This document shows, piece after piece, positions 25,501 to 40,100 of a stretch of DNA of 64,000 nucleotides (its first letter is position 1; each line of letters starts with the position of its first letter). This DNA is from Dipteris shenzhenensis (lineage: Eukaryota). Under the pieces are notes generated by a model. That model saw nothing but the letters and a program-made list of their open reading frames with translations. It was not told the DNA's origin and did no database searches. A program made the position numbers and the translations under genes. The stretch lies in assembly GCA_047967505.1 (NCBI GenBank), contig CM106538.1; one strand, 5' to 3'.

Positions 25501-27530
25501 TTTTGATTATCAAGATATTTTTGCTCCCACAACTCAACTAACCACAATTCACAGTGTTTTGGCTTTAGCAGCCTAGGGAAGTTGCCCCGTGTTTCAGATG
25601 GATGTAAAATCCACCTTTCTGAATGGAGATCTCAAGGAGGATGTATACGTGGAACAACCACCAGGTTTTGTGATCCCCGATTTAGAATGTAAAGTTTGTA
25701 AACTAAAGAAGGCACTTTACGGGCTGAAACAGGCCCCACGAGTGTGGTACCAATGGATTGATGCCTACTTTCTACAAAATAGGTTCAGGAGGAGCCCATC
25801 TTATGCAAATTTGTATATCTTCAGAGAAGGAGGCAGGTGTATGACCGTGGTCCTTTATGTGGATGACCTTGTCATAACAAGGAACCATGAAGAGAAGATC
25901 TCATAGACAAAGCAGTTGCTAGGAAGAGAGTTTGAAATGACAGGCCTCGGACTGATGCATTTCTGTTTGGGGATTGAAGTTTGGCAAGAGCCAAAATAGA
26001 TCTTCATCTCATAGTTGAAGTATGCTAGAGAGATACTTAAGGCATTTGGCATGGCTGAGTGCAAGATAGTTGGCACTCCTATGGAAGTTGACGTGAAGCT
26101 CTCAAATGAGGATTCATCACCACTTGTGGATGAAGAAAAGTACAAAAGCTTGTGGGTAGTTTGATTTACTTATGCAACACATGGCCGGACATCAGTTTTG
26201 CAACTGGTGTACTAAGCAGGTTTTCCAATAAGCCCCGGGAGAACCATTGGAGGGCAAGGATGCGAGTGTTGAAATACATTAAAGGCACACTTGATTATGG
26301 CATCACCTATACCAAGGGCAACATCTTAACCGAACTCTGTGACTCGGATTGGTCAGGAGACATGGACAGCAGGAGATCAGTGACAGGTTATTGTTTCTCA
26401 CTTAAATCTAGAGCTGTGTCATGGGTCAGCAAGAAGCAACCTACAGTTGCTCTTTCTTCTACCGAGGCTGAGTACAAATCAGCATGTTTTGCTCCTTGTA
26501 AGGCAGTATGGTTGAGGAGGATTTTAGGGGACATGGGTGCAGTGCAGAAAAAGCCTATGCAGTTATCATGTGACAATCAGAGTTGCATGGCAATTGCAAA
26601 AGCTCGCACAAAACACATTGAGATTCAATATCACTTTGTACGTGAGCTCATCATGGATCGAGAGGTCAACTTGTTGTACTGTCCGACTATAGAGAATGCT
26701 GCGGACATCTTCACGAAGGCTCTTAGAAGAGACTTGTTGGAGAGGCATCTTCATCGACTTGGCATTGGGCCGAAAAAGTAAGTTCACTTACAAGTGGACA
26801 TTGAGGAGGGGTGTTAGATATCAATGTTCCACTCTCATATAACTACGTGGGAACCAGTTAACTCTACTTATAAGCCCCCCATATGAGGAGAAGGCATTTG
26901 AGTAGCTCGATTATTCGGTAGGTCTTGGTTTGGATACCAGATGGGGGCCATGTGTGGCCTAATGGTTGGACAGCTTCAGATAGAGTTGGCACACTGCCAA
27001 CTAGGCTACATGCAAGTGTGGGAAGGCATCCCATGACTGACTGCATTGAGGGTAGATGGAGCATTTCCCAAGGTAGCCCACTCTCGGGTTGCAAGGCACG
27101 TTTGGAGCCCCAGATGATCCCGGATGGAACAGTAACCATAGGTTAGTTGCTCTATTCTGCACCACAATTCTATCGTGTGGTCGGTGGCCTATTTCGGGAC
27201 CGACCCCCAGTCGGTCGTTTGGGCAAACTGGGTCGGTCACCCAATTGAGTCTAACCAACTACAAGTGGTGGCTATATAAGAGCAAGCCCGTGAAGCCCAT
27301 CATCATCATTAGCTACAGCAACCATGATTCCTTAGCATCCAACCTCCGTCCTCTACTGTTTCCAACATGCCATCGAAGCTTCTCACACAAGAGCGCACGG
27401 CTGGGAGGCAGCGCCATCTATTGTATTAGTTTTACAGTAATCTAATTTTTTATTCTCCATACTATCTGCATTTCTCTCTTGCATACGAGATCCTATTATC
27501 TGTTGAGCATAGATGTATTGTTTTCTTACA
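22504..27530 (+). mobile_element. Ty1/copia LTR retrotransposon with both LTRs and TSD, degenerate
   Basis: 719-bp TG..CA LTRs at 22504-23222 and 26812-27530; TSD GTTTT (22499-22503 / 27531-27535); PBS TGGTATCAGA at 23223; PPT GAGGAGGGG at 26803-26811. Confidence 0.97.
23293..26781 (+). pseudogene. Copia gag-pol, frameshifted, with a gag-to-protease deletion at ~23890
   Basis: KLDGTNY gag; LWHERFGH; LRSDRGGEF integrase; [47 protein letters not shown] RNase H. Confidence 0.95.
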
Positions 27531-27952
27531 GTTTTAGGGAGTATATAGTGGAGTGTATAGGCCAAAAATAAAATTGAACAATAACGATAACGATAGTGAG
27601 ATTTAGGATAAAAGAACATAGAAAAAACAGGAGAATAACTAGAAAATAGTGACAATGAATAATTAGAGAAAGACTACAGAAATGAATTTACACAAGGAAA
27701 TTATGAAACACGGTTTAGGAAACTAGAACTTTATACTATATTATAGTTGATTTAGTAGAAAAGAACATAAGAATGCATATCTATGTAGAGTGCGTAGAAT
27801 AGGACATAACTGAAAATAGAAAAAATAGAAACAAAAAAGGTTTGGAGAAAAAGAAAAAGGGAATGGAATAATGAAATTTTAAAAGAAAATTCACAAGAAA
27901 TGAAAAAGAAAAAATACAAAGAATTAAGGAAAATTAAAGACTAACAAAACTA

Positions 27953-28002
27953 AGAGAGAGAGAGAGAGAGAGATACACACAGAGAGAGAGGGAGAGAGAA
28001 CG

Positions 28003-28058
<56 letters not shown>

Positions 28059-28082
28059 TGTGTGTGTGTGTGTGGAGGGAAA

Positions 28083-28160
<78 letters not shown>

Positions 28161-28245
28161 CAGTAAAGAGTAATAAAACATTTAAAAAAAGGGATGTGTG
28201 TGTGTGTGTGTGTGTGCATGTGTGTGTGTGTATGTGTGTGTGTTT
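27953..28245. repeat. Compound (GA)n/(GT)n microsatellites
   Basis: Directly visible. Similar tracts at 15188-15250, 30555-30755, 45692-45735, 48358-48422 and 61941-61985. Confidence 0.97.
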
Positions 28246-30548
28246 GCATTTAAAAATTCCTTCAAGAATGAACCATACAATCAAATTTAGACTAAAGATT
28301 ACTCAATCTAATAATAAATCGCTACTTGGAAAAAATAATAGAATTGATTGCTGCTGGTCCTGCCTGGCCAAGTGGCACATAGCCACGGGCCTAGGCCATA
28401 TGCAGCCCCAGTCAGGGCCTATACATTACAATGATTTACTAAATGGTATCGATAATAGTTTTGTTGGAGTAGTTAGGCCTTTTTGCCAATTAATCAAGGA
28501 GTGGTGAACTATACCTGCCAACCAACCAAACAAAAAATCATAGTTAGAAAATTATGATATTTGTGTGAGTGCTAGGTATCCAGGCATCCCCCACACTCTT
28601 GTTATCAATGTTGTAATTAATTTGCAAAAAAAGCATTAACTATCGAGGCAATAAAGGAAAAGATTTGAAAAAGTACATTCATCTCAAGTATGTGCTCCCC
28701 ATTGAGCAATGAAGTGGGAGGATCAAGACTACTTGTCACACTAGAAGAATTCCAAGTGTACAAATAGGCAACAACATATATAATCTATTATACGTTATTC
28801 TAATGGAATTATTCTAAACAAGATTGAAAGGTTAAAGAAGGAACAACCATAAGGAATAAATTACTAGGACTAAAGAAATTTTGTTTTTATAGAAAAATTA
28901 AACAAGAATAATTTAGAATTTAATGAGGAATGGATCCCTAGGAAGTGTAAATCTAATTCTAGCTGAGTGTATATATATTTATTTATTTACTTATTTACTT
29001 ATTTATTTATTTATTATGGAGTAAAAAAATCTTTGAGATCCAAACTATTGTATTATCATTACAATACACCCTATGATCTAATCTAAATTAAGATTATGCA
29101 TATATATATATATATATATAAAGATTATGCATTATATATAAAGGCTATTGACACATAAGCAAACCTATCAAAATATAAAAGTATATATAAGTCTTTAATT
29201 ATATGTATATATACAAGGTTCTACTAAACATATATATAAGTCTCTATAGATACGTATATATAAGTCTCTATATACACGTAACTATCTAAGTATTTATTTA
29301 TACATAAAGAGAAATAAAGCCCAAGTGAAGCTACGTAAAGCAATCATCAAGCCAAAAGTGTTGATCAAATCGAATCTGGAGTTGTGGGAGCCAAATGTAC
29401 TAATAACCCAAGAAAGCACACCCACGGGCTATCCTAAATGCAAGCAACACCTCTCATAAATAGTCCATCGACAAGAAGAGCTCAATCATTACAAGAAACC
29501 ATGGAAGATCACATAGGCCCAGAGAGCAAGTGAGAGCCAGTTGCGGCAAGAAGGGCTACGGTGGCACACATAGTGTCAATCATAACTACTACAACTAGTA
29601 AAAAGAAGTTACCATGCATCCAAACAGTGAAACCAGTAAAGAGAAGTCGCCAATCAGTGAACCAGGAAGCCCAGTACTCTGTAAGAGTGGAGAAAAGAAG
29701 AAAGGCTCGTAAGAGCAAAAGACCAAGACTTTAGTGGCAAAGCAAAGAGGCCATGCACCTTAGAGCTGGTGAGATGGTCGACTATGGCGACACAAGGAGA
29801 GAGCCGGTAGACCAAGCTACAAAGAAGTGGGGGGTCACAAAGTACGACCATGCCTTAACTTGACAAGTAGGGTAGATGACTTCAGTAAGGCAAAGCAAGA
29901 AGGCAGAAATGCAAGAGAGGGAGAGCATCGAGGAAGCTGTAGAAGTAAAGCTTGTTGAAAAGAGGAGGTGTAGCAAAAGCAAGAGGGGAGTGCTAATGCA
30001 AAGGGAGGCCAGGGAGCAAAATGAGACTTGTAGGAGGCAAGGTCGCATGAGGAAAGATAAGAATGTAATGGATAAGGGGATCATAACTACGTAGAGGTGC
30101 ACACCCACTTTACAATCATGGGCTATGGTTCCAACATGTACTTAGGGGTTTTTTTAAAAGGCCCATGAATAGTATTTTGCCAAGCTCTAAGCCATGTTGT
30201 CCATATTTAAAACCACCTTTAGCCAAGGGGATAGATTCCGAGACACAATTATAAATTAATTCTAGAATTTTCAATAATCATGGAAAAAAACCAAGTTCAA
30301 TCACAATAGCCTCATACAAAAGCTATTGTTATGGGATACCAAAGTAAGTAAAAAATTAAAACCCATCTAGTGTTGGCCACACATGTGTATGTTTGAACAT
30401 ATGTCATTATTAATAAATTGTTATCAGATCCCCATTAGAATTAACTATGGTACCATAACCTTAAACAATAGGTATTACTATGTGTAAATGTGTAAGAGAG
30501 AGGAGAGAGAACAAGAGAAAGAGAGAGAAAAAGCAAGAGAAAGAAAAA

Positions 30549-30590
<42 letters not shown>

Positions 30591-30640
30591 ACCCAATCTA
30601 ACAAATTAAGGTACATAAAAAAGACAGGTTAAAAGAAGGA

Positions 30641-30759
<119 letters not shown>

Positions 30760-30827
30760 ACACACAATATAGCTACATATACATTGTGTTGTATTGAACA
30801 TAAACATGAATATATACATGAGAATCC

Positions 30828-30851
30828 TTAGGGTTAGGGTTAGGGTTAGGG
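30828..30851 (+). repeat. Interstitial (TTAGGG)4
   Basis: TTAGGGTTAGGGTTAGGGTTAGGG. Confidence 0.9.
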
Positions 30852-30879
30852 TTTTCCCTAATACCCTTAAGGTATGGTA

Positions 30880-31370
30880 CAAATTACACCATCCTCAACA
30901 CTTACTGCATGAATCCCAACTATTGTAAGGCCGTCCAAGCTGACATTCAAAAGATGGAGCAAGCAGGGTTAATCTACCTAGTTGACTATTTAGAGTGGGT
31001 GAGTGGAATTATAGTTGTACCAAAAAGAGAGACTAAAAAACTCCAAGTTTGTGTCGACTTTCGAGTTTGAATGCAACCACACAACGAGATAGGTTTCCCC
31101 TTCCTTTCAATGACAAGGTTCTAGAGACAATGGCAAGTCATGCTTTGTACTCATTCATGGATGGTTATAGCGGCGGGTACAACCAAGTCAAGGTCCAACA
31201 ATAGGATCAATCAAAAACAACCTTTGTCACTCGATGGGAAGCTTACACATACCAGATGATGCCCTTTAGTCTTTGTAATGCATTGGACCCATTTCAATGC
31301 CTTGTCACCAAGATATTCTAGGAGCATATTGGTACATTCCTTGAGGTCTTCTTGGATGACTTTTCTGCAT
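30880..31370 (+). pseudogene. Ty3/gypsy reverse transcriptase fragment
   Basis: EWVSGIIVVPK..QVCVDFR..DRFPLP..SFMDGYSG.YNQV..KTTFVT..YQMMPFSLCNA..FLEVFLDDF, with stops and frameshifts. Confidence 0.9.
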
Positions 31371-34300
31371 AAGAATGCTTCCCATCTTGATCCAGCTATA
31401 CAGAATGATCACCACTTCTTTCTACACCATGAGTTCCAAGAGTCATCTTGATCCCCTTCAAGGCGCCAACTCTAAGAAATCCCTCAGAGAAGTTCCCCAT
31501 CCAAAACAACACAAAGTGTATGTTGGACCAGATATCATAGTCATTTTGGACGAGGATCACATCCAGCCCACACCCCAGGGGGCTTCACCCACCTCATCTT
31601 GGAGTGCTTTAGCATCTAGTTCCGCTCATGTTGGCTTGGACTATACTCCTCCAATGGGAACTCATGGCCCTAATGACACATCCCACATCAACCCATTCTA
31701 GGGTCAAGGCAGCCTTCAAACTCCTACTTGATCCCAATATCTCACTCTCATCCTCTTATCATCATTGAAGATTGAGGCACCGTCGCTTTCACAGTTTGAC
31801 AAGGTGGTTTTTTCCTTCATGGATGGAAAGTTGTGCACGTCTCTCATCAAGTCCTATGACATCGGTAATGACACTTTTGAGTTCTTGGGTTCACGCACAC
31901 TCTTACACCTTCTCGTGTCAACTTACCTTCACCTTCCCAACTTGCTAATCCATTCCACTTTTGGAGAGTCTCAATGGCTTCTCACCTTCCTCACTCCTTG
32001 CAAATCTCAACGGCGGGGACATGAGTGTCACAATGAAATTGATGGGACAAGCAAGGAGGTCATCCTCAATCACTATTTCTTCTCATGACTGTATTCAACA
32101 CCAGGGCATTTCTTCATCCCCAAGGGTATTTGGCTGGCCCTCAATGCATTCTTACAACCCAATCGTGCAACTTTGTTGCATTCTTTTGCTCCACTTTTCA
32201 TAGTACAGTATGCAAGCATCAGGATACACATATGTGCAGATGTGGCCCCCATCTTACTTATTTCTTTCATCAGTGCGACGTGCCCCTCCCCTCTAACATG
32301 GATTCCTCCTTCACTTTTGACCCCTCCTTCTCCAACACATGTTGCCACTTCCCATCTTCCTCTGTTGCTCTCCATCTCACCCCTCCAACATCTCGACTCT
32401 TCTATCTTACTTCCCTATTCTCCGTTCCACCTCTGTAGCATCTCCTTCCTCCATCCCCTACTCTCCATCTCTCGCTTATAGCATCCCCACCTCTCCTATT
32501 CATTCCACCTCTCCTCTCCCTTCTAACTCTATGGCCTCTCCCCCCTTTGCATCTACAGTATCCACTAGGGTGTCTCTACAGGTGATTGATATTTTTTACA
32601 CTCTTTCAGCGGAATCAGGATCCTAGGTGATACCAGTTTTCAGGGTGGGATCAGGTTTAGAGGTGATGCTTGTTTTTAGGGATCTGCTCCATGTGGGTCC
32701 ATCGAGTGTTGCTTCCTCTATTCAAACAATTATTGATTCCATCATCGCCTCTTCTATCCATTATGGTTCTTTTGCTCCTATAGCATCCTCTGAGGGCTAG
32801 CATATTCCTCTTTCCTTGCTGCTTATTGAGTCTATGGAGGTACTATCCCCCTATAGGTCACCATTGTCTCCATCTCCAATTGACTCACATGCTAGGCTCA
32901 CACACTCAGGGATCTTGTGGTTTTGATCTTAACTTCGAATTGGGTCTCCATTCTCCTCTCAATACAGATTTGACAGTGACAGCTACCACCATCACTCCTT
33001 CATCAGGATAGCAGGCTCCTCGCCTCACTCTAGTATGGTCCTTAGCTCCTACCACTATAGTTATACCCCCTTGGCGATACCAGATAGGACCATCTGACGT
33101 AGTGGCCACCCAAGCAGGTCCCACTATTTTTGTAGCTTCTACTTTCCCCTTCAAGTTGACTGTCCTCCCCTCTAGGAGAATGATATGCTAGACCATTCCA
33201 TCACATCATCCTATGGTCAGTCTTTCTACATTGAGGCACAGTGGTAGGTGCAGGCTAAAGATTATCAAAAACTCTTTTGTGAGCTCAAGGATAGAAGGTC
33301 TCCCATGGACGTATAGGAGGAGGACATCAACTAGATAGTGATAATTCCCTTGTGCAATGCTCGACTCTATTAGATCCATAGCTCTTGCATGTTTTCTTAG
33401 TATGGATACCCTTGCACCTGTCGAGGATTTGGACAAATTGGAGGATTGGAGCCATGGCAAGCCTTTTTTAGGAGTTAATTCAGATCTTTGACAAGGAAGA
33501 AAGGTTAAGTTATGGGGACCACTATGCATGGACAAAGCAATCTATGCACATGGTGCAGTGGATCCTTAATGACATGTTTTCTCAACTCGGTGCAGCACTT
33601 CTCAAACTCCACAAGGCATACCCAGCACATGCTATCCTAGAAGTAGCACCTACAACTGCAATACGAGCGTCTCACATGCACACAGTAGTATAGTGAGAAT
33701 GGTAGTCACGGCTTGAAGCCAAGGAGGCACTCTAACAAAATGCATCGGAAGAGCTTTAAGAGAAGAATTGCCTTGAGCAAGAGGGATGGGGGGATGAAAA
33801 TCAAACACTTACAGTTCATCATGCATCATTGCATCACTCAACTCCGAGACCACCACACAGTAGAGCATGCTGCCACTAGAACTCAAATTAGCAAGGTCCA
33901 AGCAGAGCTTGTAGCCATGATAGAGCACCATACCACTATTGAAACATCCCATCAATCCTTGCAGCTTTCATCTTTACAAGCTAAGCTCACCCTTCTCCAA
34001 TTGCACCATGATCACTACAAGTCAGGCTATCATTGCTATATGGGCAAGTATGAGAGCTTACACAATATCATGGACACGATTGAGGTGGAGTAGGAAGATA
34101 CATGCTCGGGAGAATTTGCAACTCCATGACATACTCTAGGCATCAGACTTGGTTTTCCTTCCTTGTGATCAAAGAGCTCTCAATTCTATACATGGAAGTT
34201 TTTTGGTTTACTTTTCTTCCTATGATCCAGCAAGCATTTGCTCTTGGACATGATGTAGTCGCCTTTTTCTTTTTTGGTGATGTATCTGGTGACTTACTAT

Positions 34301-35421
34301 TCTACATAGCTTGGTGTTACTCTTGTATATAGCATGGTGTTGCTCTCATAATCTTCGGTCATCTTCATGAATTATACAACCATGAGCATACTCTTAAGAC
34401 TTACACACTCTTTTATTTCAATTTTTCTTTTCCAATGTAAGGCCATGAGCCATTAGTTTATTTCATTTCATGATTTGGGACCACGAGCCCTTGTAACTTC
34501 AAAGATCACACCGTTGTAACTCAGTTGTCCCACTAGCCTTGTATTCCAACTCACCCACTCATCAGGACGGTGAATGATAGTGGCAAGGGAGTTGTTGCAG
34601 ATATTCAAGTTCAAGCCATGCCAACCATGTGGTAAGTATGTCATCTAGGTGACAAGGTGACAACCATATGACAACCAGGTGACAAGGTGACAACCATGTG
34701 ACAACTCTATCACCATGTTGACCATGTGACAAATATGTCAGCGAGCTGATAAGATGACATTAATGACAACTATGTCAACTTGAGATAACCATGGTCACTT
34801 GTGTATGTCAGCAAGACCTCACAAGTCCACCTCAGTGATCATGTCATAAATTTAGTCATTTGCATAGCAACCTGTGTAAATTGTGGTGCAGAGGAGTAGC
34901 TAGGAGCTACACATGGAGAAGATAAATACGCAATGACTAGGAGTCACTTGGCTAAGCAGTGCACATGGAGTAGTGCATATGAAGCACTGGACCACAACAT
35001 GAGCTAATTATATCACCAACTAGAACGAGGTTGGCGGGTCAGGAAGTGGTTGAAGCCTTGAAGAGTCAAAGTGGTGGGATGGCTAAGGGAGATAGAGACA
35101 CCACCAATGGGGAGAACCGGAGAAGATTCTAGATTGTAGGGGAATAGGAGAGTGAGAAGAAGGCTTCAGTACAGTAGCTCGCCTAGTATAATTCCTACAA
35201 TAAACAACCAGCAAGAATAAACAACCAGCAAGAGTAGTACAGATTGAAGTAGTTACACACTATACAGACCATAGAGTAAACAATCTCAACAACTAAGGAC
35301 ACCACTACCATATATAAATAACTATGAAAAGCTACAACATACGATGACTGTTGGACAAAACTGATGTAATGGGGGTTGTACCAAGGGCTACAAGTTTGGT
35401 GTGAGTTTGTGTGTCACCACA
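30880..35421 (+). mobile_element. Ty3/gypsy remnant: RT fragment, decayed extra 3' region, PPT and probable LTR
   Basis: RT fragment; decayed Pro/Ser-rich and coiled-coil-like ORF pieces at 31375-34093; GGCAAGGGAG purine tract then TGTTG at 34593; candidate end ..CACCACA at ~35421. Boundaries are uncertain. Confidence 0.5.
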
Positions 35422-36679
35422 TGGTGGTTAGTGACCAGGTTAGGTGGTAGAAGGTTCTATTAAGTGTGATTGATAGATTCATGGGTTGTATTGAGAGATC
35501 ATTGGAGTAATTTGTGGATTTGGAGGTGCTCTCCCTTATGCACATGCATTGTATCAGTTTCCTTTATAAGGGCACTTCTAATCATGAATACAGTAGTATG
35601 TTCCTTAATTGTTGTTGGCATTCTCCATGCTTCCATTGGTGCTCCATCATGTGTTTTCAAAGCTTGATTACCCTCCTTGAGCCACGTCATCATCTTCCCC
35701 ACCTCTCTTCTTCTTGTTCATCTCTTCTTCCTTTCTGCCTATTTTTTGCTTAAGCTTGTTGTCCACCCTTAATGAATTATTCCATGAGCCCTATGAGCTA
35801 AAGATTCCTGATGACTAGGCAAATCTCTGGTCCAAAGGAATTAAAGAAAAACACTGCCATCTACTTGTCCTTTCACTCCCACTAGTCACCAAAAATTCAT
35901 GTAATGTTCTCTATAGGAGTCACCATTCACACAACGGTTCAAGCTACAATTGGATGACATCATGAGGAGGATGCTGATGACGCTTGAGCACCAATGCTCT
36001 AGCATATGAGGAGAAATCATGAAAAAACCAGTTGACAATGGCGCATTTCGCCCAGACCACCTGACGCAAATTGGCACAATTCTTCTTTGGTGGATGATAT
36101 CTAGAGATAGAGCTTCCTTTCTATCTTGAGAGCTACTTGCATCAATTCAAATTTTGGGCTCCAAGATGCTACAATTTTCACAAGTTTTTTTTGACATTTT
36201 CACTTTGAAGGTTTGACTAAGTCAATATATGTTTAACTAAGTCAACATAGACTTGGGATCTTTACTCTTGATTGCATCTAGACTCAGTCTTCATTCAACA
36301 CTTAGGTGTATGCAAGGTGCATAAAGGTTTTGAGAACAAAATTGAGGAGAGTCTTAATTAATGTATTGAAAGTCCTGACTATGTCTGGAAAATGACTTCC
36401 TCATGTGAGTCCTCCAACATTCAATAAATTAGGGTCAAAAATGTCATCAAGAAGAAGGCAAAGTTTGCTAAAAGGAAAGTGCTCCAAGCCAAACCCCGAG
36501 TTCCCTACTACTATCAGTGTGGAAAGAACCTTGTTTTTTCAGACTTTCTTGCTTGCAATATGCATTTATATGGTGATGGTTCTTTCTGAAGAGTAGTAAA
36601 GGAATTAGACATTGCCATTATTGATAAGACCTTCCCTATGGCTACCAAACAAAGATAGGTAAGTTTGAGGGTGAGGGAT

Positions 36680-36920
36680 TTCACACATGGCAGACCAAAA
36701 TCAATTTTATTCTCATGAATAATGGGATTTGGAATATTGCTAATGGGAAAGAGAAGAAACCTACTACTAGGGAAGGACAAGCATTATGGTTACCTAGGGA
36801 TGAAAAGGCATTAGCTATCATTGTACTTGGGTTAATTGATTCCTTTATTCATCACATTGATGGTTGTGAAACTACACATGCTGCATGGAGGCGGCACCTT
36901 GAGATTGTCTTTGTAGCATA
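36680..36920 (+). pseudogene. Copia gag N-terminal fragment
   Basis: WQTKINFILMNNGIWNIANGKEKKP..W..RDEKALAIIVLGL.DSFIHHI..CET..AAW. Confidence 0.75.
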
Positions 36921-37115
36921 GGGGAAATGTTCCAAGTATAGTTACAATGGTACCATACTCATTACTTGTGAAACTACACATGCTGCATGGAAGCACCTTG
37001 AGACTATCTTTGGAGCATAGGGGAAATGTTCCAAGTAATTTGTGGATCTGGAGCACAAGGGAAAAGTTTAATCAAACTCTGGTAGATTAGGGAGAGTAGT
37101 TAGAATGGTACCATA

Positions 37116-40100
37116 TGACAAAATATGAAGAGGGGAGAGAAGAAGAGTGGAGATGAGGAGAGAGGGCACAGCTAAAGAGCACACCACAAATGACTAATTG
37201 TACACTAGATTTAGTTGAAAAAATAGAATATATACAAACCCGTTTAGGGTTAGGGTTAGGGTTAGGGGATCTAACCCTTTCCTTTATAGCACTCTATAAA
37301 GTTAATGCTATGCACATATGATCACGTGATGGTGCTATGCACACATGATCACATGATGTTGAGCATGAACTCTCAACACTTCCCTCAAGATCAACATCAT
37401 GAAGTAGACCTTCCCTCAAGATGATGATTCTGGGGAATCGAAGAAGGACTGAGCATTACATTCCATCACACCCCTTTAATGGGAATGTCCTTCCTCTGCA
37501 TCAAACCAAGAGCTAATCGGTGTTTCTCGAAAAGCTCTTTACCAAGTGGTTTGGTAAAGATGTCTGCAACATTTTCTTTGCTATCACAATGCTACAGTGT
37601 GATGTCACCAAGTAACACTCTTTCTCTGATGAAGTGCTCTCTGACATCAATGTGCTTTTTCCTGGAGTGATATACTGGATTCTTGGCCAATGCTTGAGCC
37701 GATTGATTATCACAATATATTGTTGTTGGCTTTGACTCATCAAAGTAATATGTTTCTGAAAATAGTCTTCTGAGCCATATAACCTCACATGCACCTATAG
37801 TGAGTGCTCTATATTCTGCTTCAGTCGAAGACAAAGAAACAATTGGCTATTTGTGACAACCGTGATATAGCACCTTGACCAAGGAAAAATGCATATCTCT
37901 ATGTTGATCTCCTGGTCTCATGATCTCTGACATAATCACTGTCACAGTATCCATGCAACCGTGGATGACTTCCTCTGTATTCTATCCCAAACTATCTTGT
38001 ACCTCTGATGTATCTCTAGAGTCTTTTGGCTGCATTCCAGTGAGACTATTTTGGATTTGCTATAAACTGTGCTAGTGAGCTTACTGCATAACAAATATCT
38101 GGCCGTGTGATTGTCAGATATATAAGAGATCCGATGAGCTACTTGTAGTATCTGTCATTGATTGTAGGCTTTTCTGAATCTTTAGTAAGTTTCACACTCT
38201 GTTCCATGGGAGTGGCTGCAATCTTGCAATCTGCCATATGAAACTTCTTCAGGAGATTGTCAACATACTTGAGCTGACTCATGAATGTGCTATCTGAATC
38301 TCTCCAGAACTCAATTCCAAGACAATAGTGCATAAGTCCAAGATCTTTCATGTAGAACTCTGTAGATAAGTCTTGTTTTAATTTTCTGATGAAGCTATCC
38401 TTGCTTCCTATCACAACTAGATCATCTACATACAAAAGTGCAATAGTAATGTCGTCCCCTTGAACTTTGTAGTAGAGAGTATGATCTGCATTGGACTTCA
38501 TGTATCCCAAATCAGCAAAATACTTGTCAATTCTACTGTACCAACTTTTGGGTGCTTGCTTTAAGCTGTAGAGACTTTTCTTGAGATGGCAAACCTTATT
38601 CTCTTTTCCTGGTTCAACATAACCTACTGGTTATTGCATGTAGACTTCCTCGTCTAGATAACCATTGAGAAATCCATTCTTGACATCAAGCTGATACACA
38701 TTCCATTTGCTGAGTGTCGTTAGTGATATCAAGAACCATATGGAATCCATCTTTGCTACTAGAGCATAAGTCTCATCATAGTCTTGACCATATTGTTGTG
38801 CAAATCCTTTTGCAACTAGTCTGGCTTTGTATCTCTGAATACTTCCATCTGGATTGTACTTCACTTTGTATACCCATTTGTTGGCTATGGCCTTCTTTCT
38901 TGGTGGAAGGTCGCATAATTCCCAAGTATTATTTTTATACAAAGCATCCATTTCTTCATTCATAGCAGTTTGCCATTCTGGCTTGTCTACTACGTCTTCA
39001 AAGTACACTGGCTCTTCTGTAGCCATGATGGTAGTCATAAGAGCATAATTGGTGGTTTCCACCTAAATTGCTTTGCCTTTCTGAGCATATGTCAATCTGG
39101 CTGGAGGTCTACTTTCCCTAGTAGACCGTCTGAGCTGTTGTGGCTCTGCTTGGGGTGTTTCTGGAAATTCTTGCTCTTCTTCATCAACCTGTTCTATAGA
39201 TGACTGTGAAGTCGATGCTTCTATCTCCTGTGTAGGTGAGGTTTTCCATTCTGATTCCTCATCAAAGATTACATCTCTGGAGATAATGACCTTGCGGTTG
39301 ATGGGATCATACAATTTTTATGCTTTGCTTTCTTCACTGTAGCCAACAATGATGCATTTGCATGACTTTGCATCCAATTTCCTACGATGATCATTATGTA
39401 TGTGGGCATATGCTATGCAACCAAATATGTGGAGATGCCCAATGTGTGGCTTGTGTCCAGTGAATGCTTCATAAGGAGTCATACCTTGTATCGGTTCGGT
39501 AGGAAGCTGATTAAGCAAGTAGTTAGCTATAGCTATTGCTTCTATACTGATTTGGAAGATGCTTTTCACTAAGCATTGCTCTAGCACTGTCTGCGAAAGT
39601 CCCATTCTTCCTTTCAACTATTGCATTCTGCTGAGGAGTATCTGCACATGTGAATTGTCTTTGAATGCCATGATTTTTGCAAAAGTTCATGAATGCTGAA
39701 GACATGTATTCACCTCCTCTGTCTGATCTCATGACCTTGATCTTTCTGCCTGTCTGGTTTTCTACCATGGCTTTGAATTCTTGAAATCTGGAAAACACTT
39801 CAAATTTCTCTTTCAGAAAGTAGACCCATCAATATCTACTGTAGTCATCGATGAAGGTCAAGTAATAAAGTGAACCATTGATGCTGCAGGTCTGGGCATA
39901 ACCCCATACATCTGTATGTATCAAATCAAGAATACCTCGTGCACAAGAGGTACTTCTAACAAAGTTGGTTCGCTTTTGTTTGCCGAAGCAGCATGCTTCG
40001 CAAACTTTTCTAAGAAACTGTAGCTTCGGAATCCCAATTGCCATATTTTGATTCCTGAGATCTAACAAGTACTTAAAGTTGACATGACCATATATATCTC

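Noticed and set aside
35422-35440. TGGTGGTTAGTGACC as a PBS after the candidate gypsy LTR
   Set aside because: I could not match it to a specific tRNA 3' end.
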